A DNA stretch of 64,000 bases. It comes from a virus. The notes under the pieces were generated by a model. That model had not been told where the DNA came from, ran no database searches, and saw only the letters and a list, made by a program, of their open reading frames with translations. The DNA is taken from the IMG/VR virus record IMGVR_UViG_3300045256_000135, positions 119,245-183,244 of that record. One strand, given 5' to 3'. Made by a program: the position numbers and the translations under genes. The first letter of the stretch is position 1. Each line of letters begins with the position of its first letter. Positions 9,684 to 21,000 of the stretch are shown here, piece by piece.

Positions 9684-12533
9684 ATGGCTGCTATTATTCG
9701 GATAGATCAGGCTGCAAACACAACGCCAACCGGCACTGCTGGGAAGGCGCGAATTGATCTGTGGCAAAATCAGACCATCTCTCTGGTTTGCACCCAGATC
9801 AACAGTTCATATCAGTGGAGCTTTCTCGATAAGCCTCTGACTAGCTCAGCAACCATCACAAACCCAACTTCGCAAACTGCAACGTTTGTTCCAGATGTTC
9901 TGGGGTCGTATCGAATTCAGCTCATCACAAATGGTGGCGGGCCTACTAACCAGTCGGTTCTTGTTGCAGTTGTTCGTTACAATAACGCGGGTGTACTCCA
10001 ACAGAGTGGGATGTTTGTTCCAGCTTTGGGTGAGCTGCCTGGAGAGAACAACTACAACACCACTCAGCAGCCCTCTGGTAATACACGGAGCTGGGACTAC
10101 CCATTCGAGTTAATTATCGCGGCGATCATCGCTGGAGGGGGAGGCGGTTCTGGAATCACCCAACTCACTGGAGACGTGCTAGCTGGCCCAGGGTCTGGAT
10201 CACAAGTAGCTACAGTTGTAAAGCTTACAGGTACAGGTGGCGTTGTTAACGGGCAGTCAACCGCTATCAAGTGGACTGACGGCGCTGGAACGCCTCCCGC
10301 TGCTGGAGGGAAGCTTAGATTCCCAGCACCCGCAGCTGGACTCTACAACGAGTATCCGCTTATCACCGTTCGGAAGTCTGATGGGTCAGGGGACTTGGAT
10401 GTTCTGAGATCCATTGAGACCAACTCAACATCGACTACCCTGATGGTGGGTGATCCTAACCTTCAGTATAGCACACTGGTGGGTGGTGTAGCTGCTATAG
10501 CTACTGCAGTTACAGGTGGTGGTCCATCGGGTGCTTATGTTTTGGTACGACCAGACGGGTTGGTCGGAATCAATGCAGCCGGCGGCCTGGGAAACCCAGT
10601 TGTTGAGCTAAGCGACAATCTGGTAGCAGATTATGCTGTAGAGTTTGCTCTAGACTATAACGGCACGACGATCCTTCAGTTTGGTCCGCAAGTCACATCA
10701 GCTGTTATCAAACAGGTTGACTCAGCTGGAGCTGGAGCTGATCTGAAGATTCAAGCAGCCAATGCAGGTGGTGCAAACAACTCGGGTGGCAACCTTAGGC
10801 TTGTAGCTGGTACTGCAACAGGCTCTGGTACTACAGGGACAATCAGAGCCCACAATGATATTCTGCTTGATAGTAGCATTGGATCCTTCCCAGCCCAGGG
10901 ATTCATTAGGACCAAGCTCTATGCAGGTGCTACGGATCTTTGGCGAGGCATTAACTCAGGTGGTGAGGCCACAGTTCTTCGCCAACAGGGAGCTTCACTA
11001 ATCTTCGGTGACTCAAACGCAGTGAGTGGTTGGAGCACTCAGCTGAGTGGGTTTGATGTTGCCGCTAACGCAAGAAACAGTTTGGTATTGTACGCTCCGT
11101 ACATCGCCCTAGCTGATTTTGCTACTGCTACAGAACGTGGAAGGTTCATTCCAGCAGCTGGATCACTGACACTTCAGTCTGTAGAAGCGAACACCACCAC
11201 GTTAATAACGCAGGCTGCTAGAGCGTCTGATTCAGTCACTAACGACATTACGGTGCAACCGCAGCCTCCGTTTGCATCAGCTGCAACCAACAAGAGTGGT
11301 GGCAATTTTGTGGTAGCTACTAAAGCTGCCACTGGTGGAGTTTCTGTAGGGCCATTCCTCAAAGTAACATATGATCAGGGAGGAGGTACTGTCCCATCTA
11401 TTTCGATGGGGAACTACAGCAATGGTGGTTACGGCGCCATGTGGTTCATGCAGACGTCACCTAGCACCTCAAACTGGTCGTTTCTTGGCAGTGCTGCTGA
11501 CATCTATTTCAATGCGCCAACCACCAACATCTACTTTGGTGTTGCAACGTCCTACAAGGTGCGTCTCAACAACACCACACTGATAATTGGCTCCGATTAT
11601 GCGACGCCAAGCTACACGTTTGATCTATCAGCCACAGCAAAGATTCGTTTCAATGATGCGGCAACATCAGCTGCAATAATCTTTGATCAGAGGGGCTCTG
11701 ACGCTACTACCCGAGCTCTGACAATCACCGGCCAGCAAGCATTTACAGGTGCAACTGGTGGTAACCGAAATGGTGGCTCTGTAACCATTACGGGTGGTGC
11801 TGCAGACGGTGGTGGTACAGGCGGGTTGCTCAAACTTCAAGCTGGCTCGTCTACTTCTGGTACTGGTGGTCAACTGCAGTTGTACAGTGGCGGTCCAACG
11901 GCAACACCAGGACTTATCACTATTCAAGCTGGAGGCAATAGCGCGAATGCTACTATCTGGATCAACCAGACTAGCATTGAACTCGGTGGAGCTGGTGCAA
12001 ACGTTGCGAACATCTATCTTGAAGCGCCAACCATTACGTTCAGAGACAATTCGAATAACCCGATTCTAACTCTGAGCCACACTACGGGAACAACGAATCC
12101 CACATATTCGGTGGCAGCTAACGTTACAGGCTTTACACTCAAGCAAGCCGATCTTACTACCAACTCGGGTACGGGTGCTACGTTTACCATTCAGTCACAG
12201 AATGAGACTGGCACAACGTCTGTTGGTGGTCCTCTGCATCTCGTATCAGGAACAGGAACAACGAGCGCTGGAGCCATCAGGGCCAAGCTCGGTGGGAACA
12301 CAATGATCGAAGCCGCAGAGGTTGCGGCCGGACGTCGAGTAGTATCCCTGGCCTTTGGTTCTGATCTCACCACCACACAAATGCCAGCAAACACTGGTGA
12401 TAGAGTGGTATTCCTCGCGGATGCAGCTACTGTGCCAACTGCAAACCCAGTGGGTGGTGGGATCTGGTATTCATCTGGTGGTTCACTATACTGGCGTAAT
12501 CCAAGCGGACAAGTTACGCAGATTGCTCCCTGA
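9684..12533 (+). CDS. Tail fibre protein (Gly/Thr-rich)
   Basis: 949 aa; PKD-like N-terminus similar to ORF 4177; GITQLTGDV and GG-x-L-x-L-x-AG fibre repeats. Confidence 0.75.
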   Translation: MAAIIRIDQAANTTPTGTAGKARIDLWQNQTISLVCTQINSSYQWSFLDKPLTSSATITNPTSQTATFVPDVLGSYRIQLITNGGGPTNQSVLVAVVRYNNAGVLQQSGMFVPALGELPGENNYNTTQQPSGNTRSWDYPFELIIAAIIAGGGGGSGITQLTGDVLAGPGSGSQVATVVKLTGTGGVVNGQSTAIKWTDGAGTPPAAGGKLRFPAPAAGLYNEYPLITVRKSDGSGDLDVLRSIETNSTSTTLMVGDPNLQYSTLVGGVAAIATAVTGGGPSGAYVLVRPDGLVGINAAGGLGNPVVELSDNLVADYAVEFALDYNGTTILQFGPQVTSAVIKQVDSAGAGADLKIQAANAGGANNSGGNLRLVAGTATGSGTTGTIRAHNDILLDSSIGSFPAQGFIRTKLYAGATDLWRGINSGGEATVLRQQGASLIFGDSNAVSGWSTQLSGFDVAANARNSLVLYAPYIALADFATATERGRFIPAAGSLTLQSVEANTTTLITQAARASDSVTNDITVQPQPPFASAATNKSGGNFVVATKAATGGVSVGPFLKVTYDQGGGTVPSISMGNYSNGGYGAMWFMQTSPSTSNWSFLGSAADIYFNAPTTNIYFGVATSYKVRLNNTTLIIGSDYATPSYTFDLSATAKIRFNDAATSAAIIFDQRGSDATTRALTITGQQAFTGATGGNRNGGSVTITGGAADGGGTGGLLKLQAGSSTSGTGGQLQLYSGGPTATPGLITIQAGGNSANATIWINQTSIELGGAGANVANIYLEAPTITFRDNSNNPILTLSHTTGTTNPTYSVAANVTGFTLKQADLTTNSGTGATFTIQSQNETGTTSVGGPLHLVSGTGTTSAGAIRAKLGGNTMIEAAEVAAGRRVVSLAFGSDLTTTQMPANTGDRVVFLADAATVPTANPVGGGIWYSSGGSLYWRNPSGQVTQIAP

Positions 12534-12544
12534 AGGTTAATGAA

Positions 12545-12928
12545 ATGGCTGCTCCCGCATTCAACAAGAAAGTTCTCGTCAACGAGAAGCTAATTCCAGC
12601 CTCCTTAGCTGGCTCACCACTCACTAGCGATCTGTATGATTTTGCTGCAGAAGCTACTGATCGATTCTTTCGTGTGAGACTTGAGTGGCTTGTTCGAAAC
12701 GATTCAGATCTCTCACAAGGGCGAACGGGTGGTCGACACTGTTTGGTTAGGTGGCCAGGTTCAGGTACTATGTCGATCATAGCTCAAGCTGCACTAGAAA
12801 CAGATGCAGCTGCTGGTGCTGGTGGCACCTTTGTTTTTGCAGTTTCTGGATCGAAGGTCCAGGTAACTTTCTCAAACGATGCTGGTGTTACGGGAGAGAT
12901 TGAGTACATTCTGTCTATCTACTCTTGA
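12545..12928 (+). CDS. Hypothetical tail-module protein
   Basis: 127-aa ORF following the fibre gene. Confidence 0.55.
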   Translation: MAAPAFNKKVLVNEKLIPASLAGSPLTSDLYDFAAEATDRFFRVRLEWLVRNDSDLSQGRTGGRHCLVRWPGSGTMSIIAQAALETDAAAGAGGTFVFAVSGSKVQVTFSNDAGVTGEIEYILSIYS

Positions 12929-12936
12929 GGTTGAAA

Positions 12937-13302
12937 ATGCGAGCGATTGTAGTTCCGGAACAAGTGATGCTGTCAGTTTCTACCACGAATCAGAGCACCG
13001 GAGCTCTGGAGGTGGTGAAGATGCCACTAGACTTCGTTTCAAACTTCATCATGACCACAATTCTACATGATCCGAAGTGGGGCAAGTCAGTGGAATGGCT
13101 GCATGCCGCTTTTGATATCAAAGTGGCCTTCAGTAAAGCCACTCCCGGAAGTGTAGTGTCACTCACGACTGAGTGTTTTGCTAAACTGGAGGATGTGGTT
13201 CGAAACCCCACCGCGGGTTACAATCCAGTTGTCATGCTCGAAGCGATGTCGTTTATCGACGCCGTGCTAACAGCGCAAACCGTCGGGGTTGAATCCAAGT
13301 GA
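12937..13302 (+). CDS. Hypothetical tail-module protein
   Basis: ORF with GAGG upstream of ATG 12937; coupled to the next gene. Confidence 0.55.
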   Translation: MRAIVVPEQVMLSVSTTNQSTGALEVVKMPLDFVSNFIMTTILHDPKWGKSVEWLHAAFDIKVAFSKATPGSVVSLTTECFAKLEDVVRNPTAGYNPVVMLEAMSFIDAVLTAQTVGVESK

Positions 13303-15176
13303 GCTGTGTTCCTGCAGGTTGGGGTTTCGGTCAACAGGGGCTTGATCCATGGGGTGGGCAGGCGTTTGTTCCGGGGGGTCCTTTACCTGTAGCTACACCG
13401 TTCAATATCTACTGCATTGGTCCTTGTGGGCCAATGAGTGCGATCCTAAGCTACGTTGGAGTTACGGAATCAGGATCAGCACTGAGCCGATTTATTGACG
13501 GTGTTACAGAGGACCTGGTAATCGGTGCTGGTGTAGTGTGGCCAGCGAATTTCCAGTTGTTTGTTGCATCTACTGTAGCTGGTACTTGGACACTTGACTT
13601 CACTGTCATGTTTGTGTCGTTGCCAAACGACTTCTCAAATATTCCAAGCGACGGCCTGTACGTCGGTCAAAACACAGTTGGTGGTAATAACGGAGGCTTG
13701 TTTTTCTCTAAAGCTGGCATAGCTTGGGCACCCTGTGTCAGAGTGGTAGCTGGAGCACTCACACCAGATTCATACTCAGTCCTCCCTAGCTCACAGTTTC
13801 TGATCTCTGAGGGTGAGTATTACTCGTTTAGGATTGCTGTTAGTCAGACATCTGGAAAGAGCTACATCTACGTAACAAAAACGAGTGATTTGTCGACCAT
13901 TGGTCACCAGCTAAGATACGTACTCGCTGCAACATCATCGGCAACTTGCCTAAGTTCACAGAGTCGCACCATTGTTGGTGCGAATGGGCTAGCAACTGCG
14001 AACGTTTTGTCACTGGATTCAATCTGTCTTGCGGATGGGCTGATTGTTCCTGACACCTGCGATCCAATTCACACTATCACCAAGAACCTCTCTATGCAGT
14101 GGGGCCTTGGCATGTGGGGATTGCAGGCTTGGGGAGGGGCGGGGTTATACACGTTCACCGTAGTTGGAGCTGGACAGCCAAATCCAACGCAGATTACACC
14201 CATCACGGGTTCCACTATCGGTGGAGACGAGTTCGTACTCACTGGGACGGATCTAGCTACGTTTTTCTACAACGACACCTTTTCAGATGGTGTTTTGAAC
14301 AACGTATTGTGGGGGCAGCTTGGACCGAATCCCGTAACAGAGGGACCAATTGGACCAGCTGGTGCAGTACAGTGCAACACTGGTAGCATACCAGGATCTT
14401 ACTCTGGCATTGAAGCGCAATTACTCAAGCTAAAGGGTGATTTTCACGACCAGATTGACTTCAATATCAGCACTAACTTTCTGAAGAACTTGCCTGCTTC
14501 AGAAGTAACACTAGCAGCTATTGAAGCGTATGACGATCCAGGCAACTTCATCAGACTGTCGTATATCGTCAAGGGGCCTACAGCCAAGACTGGTACAATT
14601 CGCTGCGAAGTTTGGAAGGGTGGTGTTCAGCTCCACGTGCTCGAGCAGCCATACTCAGCTTCTACCGGAACGCTTGGTATTATGCGATACTACGACGATG
14701 TTGAACAAGACTCTAGAGCAGTCTTCTGGTTGAACGGGAACCAGATTCAGAAAACGTTTGACGCACCCTCCTGCACACTCACGCTCAGGATCTTCTCGTT
14801 CAATGGTGGATCGCCATATCAGATACAGTCGTCGTTCGATTCGTTCAAAGCCAAAACTGTCGTGTTGTTCAAAGGGCCATCTGGGGTGGAACCATCTACA
14901 GCAGTAATCGAAGTGTCAGAGTTCAGAGTGCGTGGCCTGACTCCAGCAACGGTTGGCGAATGGGCTGGACTTGTGGACATTCAGGTGTCCAATGGTGCTG
15001 GCACGTGTTGTCGTGGGACCTTAGCTCAGGCGTTTACGTATGTGTACCCTGAGGCATTCGTTGTGGGTAGAGCTCAACCCTTCCGTCCAACCACAAGAGA
15101 GATGTCCCTTACGAACGACCCTGCACTTCGAAACATTGGACCTAACGTTGGCAATAGTTTGAGAAAGCAATTCTGA
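13299..15176 (+). CDS. Virion protein with lectin-like beta-sandwich and IPT/TIG-like segments
   Basis: TQITPITGSTIGGDEFVLTGTDL and AFTY IPT/TIG signature; two WG/PWG motifs. Confidence 0.6.
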   Translation: MSCVPAGWGFGQQGLDPWGGQAFVPGGPLPVATPFNIYCIGPCGPMSAILSYVGVTESGSALSRFIDGVTEDLVIGAGVVWPANFQLFVASTVAGTWTLDFTVMFVSLPNDFSNIPSDGLYVGQNTVGGNNGGLFFSKAGIAWAPCVRVVAGALTPDSYSVLPSSQFLISEGEYYSFRIAVSQTSGKSYIYVTKTSDLSTIGHQLRYVLAATSSATCLSSQSRTIVGANGLATANVLSLDSICLADGLIVPDTCDPIHTITKNLSMQWGLGMWGLQAWGGAGLYTFTVVGAGQPNPTQITPITGSTIGGDEFVLTGTDLATFFYNDTFSDGVLNNVLWGQLGPNPVTEGPIGPAGAVQCNTGSIPGSYSGIEAQLLKLKGDFHDQIDFNISTNFLKNLPASEVTLAAIEAYDDPGNFIRLSYIVKGPTAKTGTIRCEVWKGGVQLHVLEQPYSASTGTLGIMRYYDDVEQDSRAVFWLNGNQIQKTFDAPSCTLTLRIFSFNGGSPYQIQSSFDSFKAKTVVLFKGPSGVEPSTAVIEVSEFRVRGLTPATVGEWAGLVDIQVSNGAGTCCRGTLAQAFTYVYPEAFVVGRAQPFRPTTREMSLTNDPALRNIGPNVGNSLRKQF

Positions 15177-18040
15177 TGCCGATCGACCCGAACATCTCCA
15201 GGTATCGCGACCTTCTTTCGCAGCTGCCGACTGGGGACTGGTATGGCTCAGATGGCATTGTGGTACCAGTTCGCAGTTCTCCGTACGAACTCAGATACAC
15301 AACAAACAAGCCAAACAATCAATGGGGCGTGTTCGTCAACACGATCTTCCAAGGTGTTGCAAAGAGCGATGCTAACGGTAATCTGGTAGTTACCGTCAAT
15401 CTGCCGCTGGGGGAATGCACGGTACAGATTGTCGACTCAATTGACAAAGAGACTACTACGTCTCTTCTGACTACGAGGATTTACGCAACCTGGTTCGCAG
15501 CTTACGCTGAAACTCTAGAGCAACTCGACGACTACATTGACACGATTCGATTGGACTCGTGTTTAGCAACATGTCTAGCACAAGACCTTAGCGCGGTTTG
15601 GGGCAATCGACTAGGTCAAGGAAATCCGAGCTACGACTCTAGCACCTATCGTTTAGTGCTCGAAGAACTTCTGCAAGCACAGAGGCTGTTCGGTGCAAAA
15701 CTGCACGGGCTTGAGGTGGGGGTTGGCGCATTCACTCAAGTGCCTCCACTTGACTGGTTTCGACTCTTCACTGGTAAGAGATGGGTGCTTGGGTGGTCGT
15801 TTGTTGAGAATCGAAACTTTGGACAGTGGGAGTTTCAGCAAACTCCCAGCTCCGACATCTCTGGAGTCTCTGTCACGAAGTTTGGTCCATTCGCTGCTCC
15901 CGGTGGTGCGAGTTACCAATGGAATGTCGGAACGAAGGTACTAACATACACTGACCCACTCCTCGGTCCAAAGACTGTAACAATCGATCCAGCAAGGTCT
16001 GGACGCTACGTTGTACCAGGAGAAGAGCTACCAGCAGTTATTGTCAGTCTCCCTGGTCCGTTCAACATCGTTTTGGGTCTAAACGACACGCTCGAATTCG
16101 ATCTCGACAGCAAGGGTATCATTCAGATCACCCTCCCACCAGGTGTACAGAACAACGCTGCAATTGCAGCAAGCATTAACGCAGCATTGAACGCAGATCT
16201 ACGTTACGGCGTAGCATATAACACTGCAGCGTCAGTTTTTGGTGGATCAGTCAGATTCCGGTTAATCAGCGTTTTAACTGGTGACAGTGCGTCACTAAGA
16301 ATCTATCCTTCGAACGGGGTGTCGACTGTTTTTGGCCTAACTAGCACTGACCTACCGAAGGCTATCTCTGGGTTCACCGATACGTTACTGGATCTGAACG
16401 TAGTTACAGAGTCTCTTCCGTTGGTGAATGTGATAGCACCTGTTGTGATTGCAAAGAGTCCGTTGCCAACAGGTTGGATAGCTCTTGGTGGTTCTGCATC
16501 GCTCAGCCATCAGAATCCAAGACTTTCGGCTGTGGTCGACACAAATCTGCTACTTACGTCACTTGGTTCTGATGTTACACTGTCAAAGCAAGTTGTTGCA
16601 GAAGCATCGCAATACAAGGGTTTCAGCTTCACTCTCAGTTGCTGGTTGAGCACTCAAAGTGTGGGTGTGACTCTCTATCTCGGAGCGTCGTTCGATGGTG
16701 GTGCTACATGGATTGAAAGTACTGCAATTCCAGTTACGCAGACCGACGATCCATTTGTTCTCCCGACGAACTACCAGTGGGATTTCATCTACGACCCAGA
16801 TGCAACTGATCTGTGGGTTAGACTGAGACTTTCCTCTGGTGGTCCAGCGTTCTCTCTGAACGTTGCGGATGTACAACTTGAACAGAAATTCGTCACCGCC
16901 GCGTATACAGCATCTAACACAATCCCACGTTATCGCCATAGATCGTTCTTTGGCCATTTGCTGTGGGGGTGGTCACCCGTGCGTTTGAGTGCGTTTGAGC
17001 AGGAGTCGATCGGCTACGCGCCTTTCAGTAACCCAAAAGGTCAGATTGACAAGCTTAGCGCTGCACACACGCAGATTGATAGATTTGACGTAACCGAATA
17101 CGACTTGATTACAGACGAGCCTCTGAACCTCAAAGGTGTGATTAACGAAGCTGATTGGTCTTTTGCCACGCTCACAAATCTAGAACTAGTGGCAATGAAC
17201 CCCACTCGCTTCTCCTACGTTCGGTCAATAACTTCCGCGCCAGTGCTGACGGAACAGTTGACGTTCCCTAACGCACCACCCTACAATGCTGTTCTGCCAC
17301 TAAAAGGCGATCAAGACCAGCTGGCCTCAATTCTGTTCGAGGGTGAAGTCCCGCTACCACAGGACCAATGGTCTTATGTGGACGCTCAAACAATCAACGT
17401 GGTAAACGCTAGCTTCGACCCGAATGCTGTGTACACGTTGAGGTACAACCCACTCTTGCAGGCTGAGTCTGATGTTATTGATCTAGGTCCGAGTTGGTCA
17501 GATTACGTTTGGTACTCTGACTATCACCTCTATCAGCGATTCTCAGCTGAGAATGCAGAACTTGACCAAGATATTGTTCTGTTTGTTGATTTCGGCTCGT
17601 ATACAGCGACTCTGGACCGACCAGCAAATATTGACGTAAACACAGCGTCTATCACCAGAACTGATGGCACTTCTGAAGTCGAACTGCCTAGTGACTCATG
17701 GTCTTGGTTAAGCCCATTGGTGATCTCTTTTGATGGTCGAGCAATTGTGAAGGGTGCGATCTACCGACTAAAGTATCGCGAAGTCGGCCAGAAACACGAA
17801 CCAGTCATCTCGACAACATTCGAGGTTCGTTCCGGGCCAAACCCTGCAGCTGTTTTACTAGCTTCTTACAAGCAGATCGGCCGAAACACTCCAATAAAGA
17901 CACATAACCTCAATCGTTATCATCAACTACGTCTAACCCTTCGTGGCCTCTCGGATATCCGAGATTTGCGTTTAAGTTCGATGTGCTTCAAGGGGTTGAA
18001 CGCATTCGGTGTGAATGGTACGATTCCCGGTCTGCGATAG
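15176..18040 (+). CDS. Large baseplate/tail structural protein
   Basis: 954 aa; DLSAVWG..LG....YD..TYR pattern resembles baseplate wedge (gpI-like) proteins; beta-rich remainder. Confidence 0.55.
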   Translation: MPIDPNISRYRDLLSQLPTGDWYGSDGIVVPVRSSPYELRYTTNKPNNQWGVFVNTIFQGVAKSDANGNLVVTVNLPLGECTVQIVDSIDKETTTSLLTTRIYATWFAAYAETLEQLDDYIDTIRLDSCLATCLAQDLSAVWGNRLGQGNPSYDSSTYRLVLEELLQAQRLFGAKLHGLEVGVGAFTQVPPLDWFRLFTGKRWVLGWSFVENRNFGQWEFQQTPSSDISGVSVTKFGPFAAPGGASYQWNVGTKVLTYTDPLLGPKTVTIDPARSGRYVVPGEELPAVIVSLPGPFNIVLGLNDTLEFDLDSKGIIQITLPPGVQNNAAIAASINAALNADLRYGVAYNTAASVFGGSVRFRLISVLTGDSASLRIYPSNGVSTVFGLTSTDLPKAISGFTDTLLDLNVVTESLPLVNVIAPVVIAKSPLPTGWIALGGSASLSHQNPRLSAVVDTNLLLTSLGSDVTLSKQVVAEASQYKGFSFTLSCWLSTQSVGVTLYLGASFDGGATWIESTAIPVTQTDDPFVLPTNYQWDFIYDPDATDLWVRLRLSSGGPAFSLNVADVQLEQKFVTAAYTASNTIPRYRHRSFFGHLLWGWSPVRLSAFEQESIGYAPFSNPKGQIDKLSAAHTQIDRFDVTEYDLITDEPLNLKGVINEADWSFATLTNLELVAMNPTRFSYVRSITSAPVLTEQLTFPNAPPYNAVLPLKGDQDQLASILFEGEVPLPQDQWSYVDAQTINVVNASFDPNAVYTLRYNPLLQAESDVIDLGPSWSDYVWYSDYHLYQRFSAENAELDQDIVLFVDFGSYTATLDRPANIDVNTASITRTDGTSEVELPSDSWSWLSPLVISFDGRAIVKGAIYRLKYREVGQKHEPVISTTFEVRSGPNPAAVLLASYKQIGRNTPIKTHNLNRYHQLRLTLRGLSDIRDLRLSSMCFKGLNAFGVNGTIPGLR

Positions 18041-18047
18041 GTGAAGG

Positions 18048-21000
18048 ATGAGACGGTCTCTATATCCCGATGGCGTACTTGTTCAGCAACCAAACCTCGA
18101 ATTTACTGAAGATTCGAAGTCTGAGCAGATTCTGGTTAGCAGGACCAACACCTGGGAGTCTGGCATTTATGCTGGGCTTGCAGTAACAGTTAACTCTGTA
18201 AATCTGGATCGTGTTGACCTTGCAACTGGCTCTGGCTATGCACCTAATGGGGAGTTGGTGGTTGTTGGTTCTGCACAGCTCAATCAAAGCTTAGCAGACA
18301 CCACGCTTGGTGCGTCCAACCTCGCATTTGTATTCTACACTGAGCTTTTAACAGATCCTGAGCCACACGAGACAAATGGACTCACCTACCCCACCAAGGC
18401 GGAAGCATCGTTCAGGTTCAGAATCCTGACTCCGGCTCAGTTTGCTGCACTTCCTGCAACGGACCCAACCATGACTAACGATGCTCAAGATCGAGCGTTG
18501 CTAGTCGCAAGGATAACGGCCACTGGTGGAAATCTGGTTCAGGGTAACATTGAGAACAGCGTGCCGTGGCGCGATCTCAAGTTCGCTACTGTAGCGTCAC
18601 CGGGTATCAACGGCGTTTCGATTCGTAATGTTTCGGATACCACTCCAGAAGGTCTGAATGGGCAGCTGATTTTCTCAGTCTCTCCCAACAGGTTGCAGTG
18701 GAAGGCTCCGGGTGAGGTCGGGCCTGGTGTAGCAGTCAACGTTCCGAATGAAGCTGACTACACTCTGACAGCGTTGGGTGGTTCGACCATTGTTGTGCAT
18801 GTGATTCCGTCAGCATTGCCAATAGCAGCACTGACGGTCACCGTTGCAATTACTGGGGTGTACTCCCAATCAGTACCGAGGATGTCGGCAGCGGATCGAC
18901 ACCACCGCAGTCTGGTTGGCACCGGCATTCCAACGAAGACAAACCCACATGGTCTGTCCATCAAGGACATTGACCCAGACTTCGTATCAGAGCTTACGAT
19001 TCACCAAGAGCTGATGCATGCAGCCGGGATTTGGCGTGGTTCAAGTCCAGCGTGTCTACGCACAGATATCGTTGAGGTACCTGGCACCGATTACCTCTCA
19101 ATCATTGCCCCAACTGGTGATGATACGTACTGGTGCGAAGGGATTCGCCTCACTTCGGTCCAGAACAACCAAGTTACGTTCACTGACGCAACTCCCGGCC
19201 CAACCAGAGAGGTTTTCGAAATCTTTGTTGATGACGCAGGGATCGTAGGCAAGAGCAAGAGGTCGTCGTTCCCACTGGTATCGCTGTTGACCGGTGTGGA
19301 GAACGGACTGGTGTTCTTATCACCGAGCATTCAAGCCGGAACCTACGCATTGTCGTGGACTTCGAATGGTCCAGGGTTGGGTGGCTCACTTAAGTGGGGA
19401 ACTGGAAAACCGACCCTAGTTCCAGCAGGTGTTTCATCCGGACTGTTTTCACTGTTTGACGGTGAAGACGAGGTTAAATTCTTCATTTCCAACGTAGCTC
19501 TCCTTCCGCAGCCAGCCGGGATTTATACAGACAACATCACTGTAAACGCAGCAGTTTCAAGAGACAGATTTGTTGTTACCGCTCAGGTCTTTTGGACTGG
19601 GTCTGGAACAGGTTCGCTTGGTTACACCCCAAATCGCGGGTTCGTTCCAGCGAAGCTGATTGATCAGAGACTGTTCGGCAATCTGACAGCCGCAGACATT
19701 CGTGACGATGCGCTTGAGGACGTGTTTTACAAGGCTACGTATGAGAAGTCTTGTGACGGCGTTCTGCTTGGAACAATTGATGCAGCTTCTGTTGACGGAA
19801 GCTTGTCGCCAACTCCGGCCGGAGGGCTCTTCGTTGATATCAATGGCTACGCTCCCGTGTATGTTCGGGGGAAGCGGATGGTGGTTCGTGGAGCTCAAGT
19901 AGCAGTTCCGAACAATGCACTGAGTGTCATCTATGTTGATGTCGACGGTAACCTCCAAGTAACTGATCTGCAGACTGCAGCCTTTCTCAACAATGGCAAC
20001 GAAGTGCTCCAACTAAATGCAGAGGCCTTCGTACAGCATGGAGCTGCTCTAGCATTCGTCGGAACAGCTGGTGGCACGATTCTGTTTACAGTTGACCTTA
20101 GACGAAACCTCGGTGGCGGAAACGAAGCAGTTGAGCCGTGGACTGTTGGCATTGCTGAGAGACCCGGCCTCTTCACCAGAGGTGCAGAGTTCTTTGACCT
20201 TTCTGGTGCTTTGCTCTATGCAGCTGCAGCTGGTCAAACTGCTCTCCGTGTGCTCACAACTAGAGTGAAGAACCCGGTGATCATTGGTCCGGGCTCCATG
20301 TCGATCAGTGACGGTACTATTCTGGTTGATAACAGTGCTGTGAATGGGTCCACTTCACTGTTTGCGTTGACAGGTGGCGTTTCCGTAACTGCTCCTGGAT
20401 CTCAGTTGGTGCTACGAAACGTAAAGGTGCTACCTGGAACTGGTGTGGTTAACGCACTAACGTGCTACCTAGTGACAACTGCAGCGTTCACTTCTACCGT
20501 ATTGACTGGCCTGTTGGTAAAGCTAGATCAATTCGGTGGGCTGATTCGAAATGCTGGCCCAAACAGCTTTGGCACAATCCTAGAGAATGTTCGGTGTGAA
20601 CTCACCACTGCATACTCCGATCTGATCTTGCAACAAGTGCCAGGTCAAATCTCCATTAGCGGTCTTGATTTAACGGCCAGTACTGCACTTGGCACCGTGG
20701 CTGTTGTAAATGCTAGCACTACTTTAGCATTTACAAGCATCGCACAAGTAAGGGGTACGGGACAGAAGCTGGTAAGTGGCGCTGGTTCGATCACAAATCT
20801 GTCGTGCACTAATTGCAGTGGTGTTCGACTCGGGTCTATGACCAGTGTGATCTCTGACGTGCTGTTCGACCACTGCAACTTCGTTGATACCACACCTGGT
20901 TCAGTCGTAAACGCGGCCTCAGTTCGAGTTCAGTTCAGAGGATGCCAGTTTGGAAATTCAGTAACGCTACTGACTGCTTCCGACGTGTGGTTTGACAGTT

